Under the pieces are notes generated by a model. The model ran no database searches and was not told where the DNA came from. It saw only the letters and a list, made by a program, of their open reading frames with translations. Below, in pieces: positions 63,221 through 64,000 of a DNA stretch of 64,000 nucleotides (positions within the stretch are counted from its first letter, which is position 1; each line of letters begins with the position of its first letter). The DNA comes from an uncultured Chloroflexia bacterium (lineage in GTDB: Bacteria; Chloroflexota; Anaerolineae; JAAEKA01). A program made the position numbers and the translations under genes. The stretch spans positions 31,432-95,431 of the forward strand of contig CAVPPH010000009.1 of NCBI GenBank assembly GCA_963707275.1. Direction: 5' to 3'.

Positions 63221-64000
63221 ATGGCAGGAAAATCCAAGAGGGTTTCCGTGAGCAAGAACAAGTTGGCCGATAACGCGGCCGAGGTTGAAATCGCCGGTTT
63301 CGATACTGAGCTCGAAGGCGACATGGATGTCGAAGAAGGGCTTGAGGAACTGGAATTGGCAAGCGACGTCGCGCAAGTTGGCGTTGGCGCGGCCATGGCT
63401 GGCGCCAGCAATCTGACGCGCGCTGAGGACCTGATGCTCGTGGCTGAGCGTATGGAGCGCCTGAGCGGTGTGGTGGCTGCTGCTGGTGCGCTCGACTTCG
63501 TTCAGGGCGCTGACATCCTGGCAGCTTCCCAAGACATCGAGGTTCAGGGCGACCTGGTCGCCATGCTGGGCGAGGAGGACCTGGAATTCGGTATGGGTAT
63601 CGGCGCGATCGGCGGCCAGTTGAGTGTGGCTGCCGAGATCGCCGCCATGCGCGATATGCCAGTGATGGCCGACTTCCTGTATGACAAGAGCAGCGAACTG
63701 CGCGACATGGCGGTCGATGCAATCATGAAGTTTGCTGCGACACGTGCGCTGGCCCGGTCCATCGCTGCCACAGGCGCCCAGGTCGGCGGTTTTGGCGCGG
63801 ATGAGATGATCGAGGGCCTCACCCGCATGGCCGTGGCAGATGCCGTCGCCGAGCGCAGCGATGATCTGGCTATGGCCGGCGTTGGCTACGCGGTTGCCGG
63901 TATCGTCGATCTGGAAATCGCCGAAGAGGCCGGTGAGGTCGCCCGCGAGCTGGTAGCCGAAGGCGTGGCCAATGTGGCCGTTGGTTCCATGGAAATCGGC
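63221..64000 (+). CDS. hypothetical acidic Ala/Gly-rich helical protein, truncated by the window end
   Basis: ATG at 63221 after a GAGGAG RBS; the frame stays open to 64000 (MAGKSKRVSVSKNKLADNAAEVEIAG...); not in the ORF track. Confidence 0.8.
   Translation, partial: MAGKSKRVSVSKNKLADNAAEVEIAGFDTELEGDMDVEEGLEELELASDVAQVGVGAAMAGASNLTRAEDLMLVAERMERLSGVVAAAGALDFVQGADILAASQDIEVQGDLVAMLGEEDLEFGMGIGAIGGQLSVAAEIAAMRDMPVMADFLYDKSSELRDMAVDAIMKFAATRALARSIAATGAQVGGFGADEMIEGLTRMAVADAVAERSDDLAMAGVGYAVAGIVDLEIAEEAGEVARELVAEGVANVAVGSMEIG

Overview
High-GC bacterial chromosomal DNA. Gene content, sigma70 promoters, a GAAC-N4-GTTC LexA box and the repeat families suggest Chloroflexota (Anaerolineae/Caldilineae-like); this is an inference. 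Many conserved genes (uvrB, GyrA/ParC, ffh, hemW, galT) carry scattered indels that look like uncorrected long-read errors, not true pseudogenes. 1-20.8 kb is mostly housekeeping: acpP, fni, a GGPP synthase, hemW, an FHA regulator/Ser-Thr kinase/membrane GH3 trio, uvrB, amylase, ADH, galT, a type IIA topoisomerase A subunit with a long basic tail, tRNA-Leu and tRNA-Cys. 20.9-27.2 kb is an apparent operon of a divergent ECF sigma factor, a soluble zinc anti-sigma, a TPR-CHAT caspase-like protease and an exported S8 protease, with htrA divergent. This is the best candidate for an undescribed system: a CRISPR-independent protease/anti-sigma/sigma cascade. 28.8-41.2 kb holds uppP, a sirtuin, a CDP-alcohol transferase, a second ECF module with DUF5667/DUF5666 proteins, ffh and gcvT. 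41.3-64 kb is an accessory block with K+ and ClC channels, two arylsulfatases (one fused to DUF1269), SulP, a Na+ symporter, DUF2252 and a MalT-like LuxR regulator. Intergenic spaces hold several REP/MITE-like and short-period repeat families, two of which sit in-frame inside hemW. Five conserved-residue substitutions all arise from CGANTC->CAANTC, hinting at a methylated GANTC motif. I found no CRISPR array, cas gene, integrase or transposase.
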